64,000 nucleotides of DNA from Macrostomum lignano (taxonomy: Eukaryota). The first letter of the stretch is position 1. The number at the start of each line of letters is the position of its first letter. Position numbers and translations under genes: made by a program. The notes under the pieces were generated by a model. It was not told where the DNA came from, did not search any database, and was given only the letters and a program-made list of their open reading frames with translations. The stretch is taken from positions 806,001-870,000 of the forward strand of contig NIVC01000089.1 of the NCBI GenBank assembly GCA_002269645.1, given 5' to 3'. Positions 58,371 to 64,000 of this stretch are shown here, piece by piece.

Positions 58371-61300
58371 GAAGTTTTTACCATGGTTTAACCAGTATGT
58401 GAGGCAGTGAGAAATTTTAAATTGAAAGCAAAAATTTTAGATACATGAATTTGGCATGTATTTTTATAATATCACATTCTGCTTTTTGTTTGTTAAAATC
58501 TATTTGCACTGCTAAAAACTTGCTAATATAAAGAACCTTTAAAATTTATTACATTAAAATAACACATTTGATAATAAATAAAATATAATAATTATAGTTT
58601 TCATCTGTCTTGATATTTCTATAACTATTTAAATGTCACTACAATGTCTCAAATGTCTATTTTATAGGTCAATTAAAAGCACTTATTTTAGACATAGAAA
58701 TTGATATTTAATTTTATACCAAATTTTAAATATAAAAAACCAATGCAATAGGCATACACAATAGCTCAGAAAGAGACATACATTGTCACCTTCTAAACTA
58801 TGGTAGTAATATGGTTTATGTTATTTGATTGATTGTTCAAATATACAAACTGCTATAATCAATAGACAAGGCAATGTTATCAATTGATCCCTATTATTGT
58901 AGCCAAGGGACAAGGGTCAAGTTGTACTAAGCAGCTCTTTAAATATGGCAGACTAAATGCAATGTGCCCAACAAAGCTAACTCTCCTTATCTTTGCCTAG
59001 ACACTTGAACCTTGACAAATTAATGTTAGCTAATTTTTAAATTGCATTAGATTGTCATCTACAAAATATCCCTTGGTCATAATAGGGCAACTAACTGGGT
59101 TTATCTTCTACCAGGTTGCAGATGGTATGCATGTATGCTAGAAAGTTTCCGGCATACAAAATGGCAACTCAAAGTCCTTGGCATACACAAACAATATACA
59201 CAACCCCAGGTGCACTTTGTTGGCATACATTATTGGTATATAGAAGTAATACAACCATATGTACTTTTTTGGCATACAAATTTTGGTGAATAAATTTATG
59301 TAGTGCATGAAAATTGTAATGTAAATTAACATTTTTTTATGTAAAGTAAAGGAAAATTTATATAGTCTAGAGAGTCAGGGATAAACTTTTTGCTTTTTAA
59401 AAATTAACAATAAATAAAATTAGTATAAATTTTAGTATATTGGATTATTGCTAAGAGTGTCAACTTTGAATTACTTTTCTATAGGTATAATTTAAGTTTG
59501 TTTAAAATGAAAATATTTGTAATATTTTAAAAATACTTTTCATATGGAAACCTTTCTTAGAAAACTCTACTTATGAAAACCAAATGACCTTTTTAGGAGG
59601 AATTTTTGGCATACATTTTAGGGCATTTTTTGTTTTTGGCGTACACTGGCACACATTTAGGTGAGCTAGGATTCTTTTTCTGGTGTACACTACTACACGA
59701 TCCACAACCTGGATCTTCTAGTCTTCTATAGTCTTGACAATTCTGATATTTTATATTTGCCTTCCATACTGAAGCAATACTAAATACAAAGCTAGACTAC
59801 TACTAGAATTTAACATTTTCAAAGAAGTAGGTGTAGGCCCAACTATCTTATTAAAAATAAAAATGATAATATAGAAGTATGTACATAGATTTTAGTATCT
59901 GATTAAACTATTAAACCTAACTGAAATATAGTTAAAAACTTAAAAACTGCAAAACCTGATCCTTAATGCAATGAGTATAGTTCTATGGGCTTAACATTGA
60001 CATTTCTGCATATTTCTATTTTTTATAATATATAACATATAAAGTATTTAAAAAATGGACTAGGCCTCTTCATTGATAAGGCCTGATAAAGACTGTTACA
60101 GTATAAAAACGTATAGTTTTAGCGCTAAATATGAGTTTCAATCAGGCTTCAAATCTGTATGCCTAGCTACTGTAGGCCTGTACTGTATGCGTAGCTGAAG
60201 CCTGCTATATTAATGTTGCCTGTGTTTACACTCTCCATTTGCAGTATTGTCAGTAGTAGTTGTAAATTGGCTCAAATTGACTTATTGTTTCTTATAAAAT
60301 TTAACATTTGAACTGAGATAAACTTTCTATAAAGCAACGATTATAACAAAAAGTCATTACGGGATTTCAGAATTTTCGTCTACCATAGCTAATGAGTTGC
60401 AGAAACCTTGAGTTTTTATTACTAAAAATTTGCCTGGCTCTACTTCTTCGCAAGGACAACTCAAGTAGACTCAACGCTACTTGATTATTAGTCCTTGATT
60501 TTCCGTTGCTTATTTATTGTATTCTGGCTTTTATTGAACTAATAAAATTAATTTATTTCTTTTATATTAGTTATTTTTTTGGAATCTAATCAGCAAATTA
60601 AATTATTTATCATCATTATCATGTACATTCGATCGATAGATAGGACATCTATGACTCAAGTCGTCCATGGTATTGTGGCAATTACGTGCATCATGCGACT
60701 GGTGTAAATGCCACAGGGAGAGCACCCTTTTGCAAAGCGCATGGTTCGAACAGGATGGGGCTGTATTTGTTATATATGTACAGTAGATTGAGTAGGTTTA
60801 AGTAAAATACTTTAAGCCGTTCTTGGGTTTGAACTGCAGCATGCATGTCTATTTATTATCACGAAGTTACACGAAGTTAATCTTGAAAAACGCATGTCCT
60901 CAAAGGGGCCTGTACAGGTAATTGTCTACATGTAATTATAATTCGATTGCTTCCATACACATTGGTTGAGTGGAGAAAAATTATTATAGAAAATCCAGTA
61001 TATATACCTAGCGCGCGTACTACACTGTACTTTGGTGCGACGAAGAATCAAGGACAACTGAAGTTACTTCCGAAGTGACTTCAGTTGTCCTTGCGAATAA
61101 TTCCTTGAATTTAAAACCAGTATAGATATTGTAAAGAGCAGACGTGCAATTACATACACCTACATGTATATACTTATCTATCTGGCGTTGCAAAACTACT
61201 AATCACTGCTCACTAGTTTCCTGAAGCAAGTTCCACCTCACTGAGCAGTAAATTGCACCTTTCATGTAGAAGTTTTTTGCTGCCGAACTGGTATATTATT

Positions 61301-61517
61301 TTTCACCCCATCCTGAATTGACTTGAGCCGACTCGTATGAAGCCAATGAAATGCATTTATCATTGCGGCTTTACCTGCGAACGATATCAGCTGGCCAATT
61401 ATCGCCACATAGCCGATATGAGGAGATGAAGCTAGGAACCTGATCAGAAACAATCAGAACCGGAAACATTGCCAGAGAAAGCAGCTTAGCAACCAAAATT
61501 AATTCAAAATTTGAGAA

Positions 61518-63616
61518 ATGAGAGTTCTACCGATGGAAACAGTCGAGGCAGACGCCAATCCGAGTAGTGCGGCGTCGCAGCAGCCTACAGCTACCTTCGC
61601 CAGCAGCAGACATTGTTGCAGCGGACGCAGTCTGCGAGACAGTGGCTTCAGAGCTCTGCAGATGGCCCTGGCCGAACTGCGTGCACCTGGACTGAGCAAC
61701 GCGATTTCGTCCAGCCACCAGCTTCACGTGAGAGCCGCTTGGCTGCTGGCCTTCCTCACATCTCTGGCCGTCATGCTGTACCACCTGACCTCGCTAACCC
61801 GTAAGCTCTTGTCCAACGAAGTGTCAACTCGGCTAGAGGCCGAGAGCATCGATTTCGACATGCCCGATCTGTACTTTTGTCCCGATCGAGGCGCCAATGT
61901 CTGGCAGTAGATTTCTCAACCTTAGCCGGGAAAACTCAACTATGTTGGCCGCCTGGATGAACAATACGAGAAAAAAGTTCGCAGAATTCGTGTCCGACGC
62001 ACCTGCCGGGCCGGACTATCGGAATCAGTTTCACAGAGAACACCTGGCCGATGCGGTTGTCCGCTCAGTTCCATTCTGGTTTCTAGCCAGCAGATTGGCG
62101 CATTCAATCGAGCAGTTCGTTGTTTATGCCGCCATTGTGGACGCCAGCCAGGGCCTGGTAGGAGCCACGCAGATACCCGTCGAAGCGTTCGACCATCCGG
62201 AGCACATTCGCTGCTTTCGAGCCATCCTTTCGATCGAAAACCGCAGTCGACTGCGCACGGTCGATGCGTACGTTGAGTTTGTGCTGATGCTGGACCGCTA
62301 TCACCCTTGGATGCCTCGGGGAGAGTACTCGGCCCCTAGCATCAACGGCTTGAAAGTGTCCGATTGGACTCTGGCAGAGTCGCCAGCGTCATCAAAAGCT
62401 GTTGGTGTTCGCCTCTACCTGCCGCCCGTCGGCGAGTATCCGAGCCACTTTGCAAGCCATTTTTTGCTGCAGCTAGGCAGCCTGAATCTTACCGGTCTAA
62501 GCGACTACCTAGTAGTGAATAATCTGGCCACTAGGTGGGTAGCCGACTTTATTGTTGCCAGTCCAGCCACGGCCTGTCGATACAAGGACCGTTGTGTCAC
62601 GTTATTGACGTAGTGACTATGACCCTTAAAAGGGCCGTTTTGACGAGAGTTGTCGTAAGTCGTTGTAGTCCCAAAATGAATCGAAGTCAATTCTTGCAAA
62701 GTGGATTGTGTAGCGGAGCACTTGGCGTATAAAGGCAGGAAACTGCCGTAGCTAATTTATTGTCGAGATCAATATTAGAACTGGTTAATGTCAATGCAAA
62801 ACTTATAGCGTTCTGGGCACTGGCGGCTGCAACAATGGTTTTGAAGGTAATAAGAATATGAAGTCGAGTGGCAGGCGAAGGATACAATGGCGACGCAACG
62901 TGACGAGTGGTGGCGACGAGCACAGTGGAGGCAGTGAGTAGCAAGTAGACAGGCAGATGAGTAGTGGTGAGATTGGCGTTAGCCGTGGCAGTACACAGTG
63001 AAGTAACAGTGTGTAAACAGGCTGGCCCAGACAGAGGAGCCGTGGCGAGAGATAAGGAGGCTCGAGGCAGCCAGGAGAGAGAAGGAAAACAAGAACCAGA
63101 CGCCACGAAGGAACACAAGAGCCGCGAAGTGAGGAGGCCCCCCGCCCGCCGCCAGGCGGGGGTTAATAAAGGAGCGCGGAGGGGTTAGCACGAAACATGA
63201 GTGGAGTTTTCATTGGCTGGTTAAAGAACTTGAAATTATCGATCGTGCAAGTTTTCTACGGTCGCATGAAAGGATTGTAAAGTACGCAGTGATTTAGCGA
63301 TGGACACAGATTCGTTGGGCACTACTACAAGTAAACGTTAAAATAAACGATTGGAGAATTTAAAATGAGAATTTGTAGAGGAAATGCAGTCCAACGGCCC
63401 TTTTGCGGAACCACCTTAAACTGGCAACGTCACAGTTGTCACAGGCGCGCCTACTATGTGAGCAGATCGGAAGCGCTTTGGCCGAGCAGGGACTCGGCAA
63501 TTCCCTTCGTTAAGCAGGGCCTGGCAACTCCATATGACGGCATTCACAGGCCAGCCTGGTCGTTCCTGTCCGACTTAGCCAGCGCGCCCGACTTGAGTGA
63601 GTGGGTGACTGACTGA
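61518..63616 (+). pseudogene. DEG/ENaC (amiloride-sensitive channel family) gene, frameshifted and split by a solo LTR
   Basis: APGLSNAI...RAAWLLAFLTSLAVMLYHLTSLTRKLLSNEVST...FDMPDLYFC is the typical pre-TM1/TM1/FPxxxxC layout; frame change near 61900; frame resumes (DR|CHRRAYYV...) when the LTR and one TSD are removed. Confidence 0.7.
62595..63434. mobile_element. Solo LTR (Gypsy-like), copy 2
   Basis: TGTCACGTT...AACGTCACA; 4-bp TSD GTTG (62591-94, 63435-38); homologous to 36610-37420. Confidence 0.85.
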
Positions 63617-64000
63617 CTGACTGACTTGAGTGAGTGGGTGACTGACTGACTGACTGACTTGAGTGAGTGGGTGACTGACTGACTGACTGACTGACTGACT
63701 GACTGACTGACTGACTGACTGACTGACTGACTGACTGACTGACTGACTGACTGACTGACTGACTGACTGACTGACTGACTGACTGACTGACTGACTGACT
63801 GACTGACTGACTGACTGACTGACTGACTGACTGACTGACTGACTGACTGACTGACTGACTGACTGACTGACTGACTGACTGACTGACTGACTGACTGACT
63901 GACTGACTGACTGACTGACTGACTGACTGACTGACTGACTGACTGACTGACTGACTGACTGACTGACTGACTGACTGACTGACTGACTGACTGACTGACT
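63595..64000. repeat. (GACT)n microsatellite running to window end
   Basis: Directly visible. Confidence 0.98.

Overview
Eukaryotic (metazoan) genomic DNA with GC-rich, CAG-rich exons and introns packed with minisatellites. The style resembles the flatworm Macrostomum; this is inference, not proven from the sequence. Recognisable host genes: FUNDC/FUN14 (3268-4259 +), INTS14 (5168-7772 +), a C2H2 zinc-finger/polyQ gene (from about 9394 +), one NPC1-like exon (16247-16374 -), NECAP (43060-44686 +), cytosolic methionyl-tRNA synthetase (46026-50969 +), CLYBL (58370-56092 -) and a disrupted DEG/ENaC channel gene (61518-63616 +). Two Ingi-like non-LTR retrotransposons sit in polyQ (CAA/CAG) tracts of host ORFs. 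The full-length one (22731-27180) begins exactly at an HDV-like ribozyme fold and carries a 2A StopGo motif (DVEPNPG|P) ahead of PHD-PHD-APE-RT-RNaseH. The other (about 10206-13160) has a near-perfect ubiquitin C-terminus (LHRVLRLRGG) ahead of an APE endonuclease that contains a PHD finger, and is fused in frame to the host zinc-finger ORF. About 18.7-36.5 kb is an island of short, TATA-driven, decayed ORFs (PC4-like, dUTPase, an orphan paralog pair) suggestive of viral or giant-transposon cargo. Also present: two solo LTRs of one family, a foldback/MULE-like element, a TIR MITE family, two SINE families and many tandem repeats. Exon boundaries and RNA folds were derived by eye; no database search or folding program was run.
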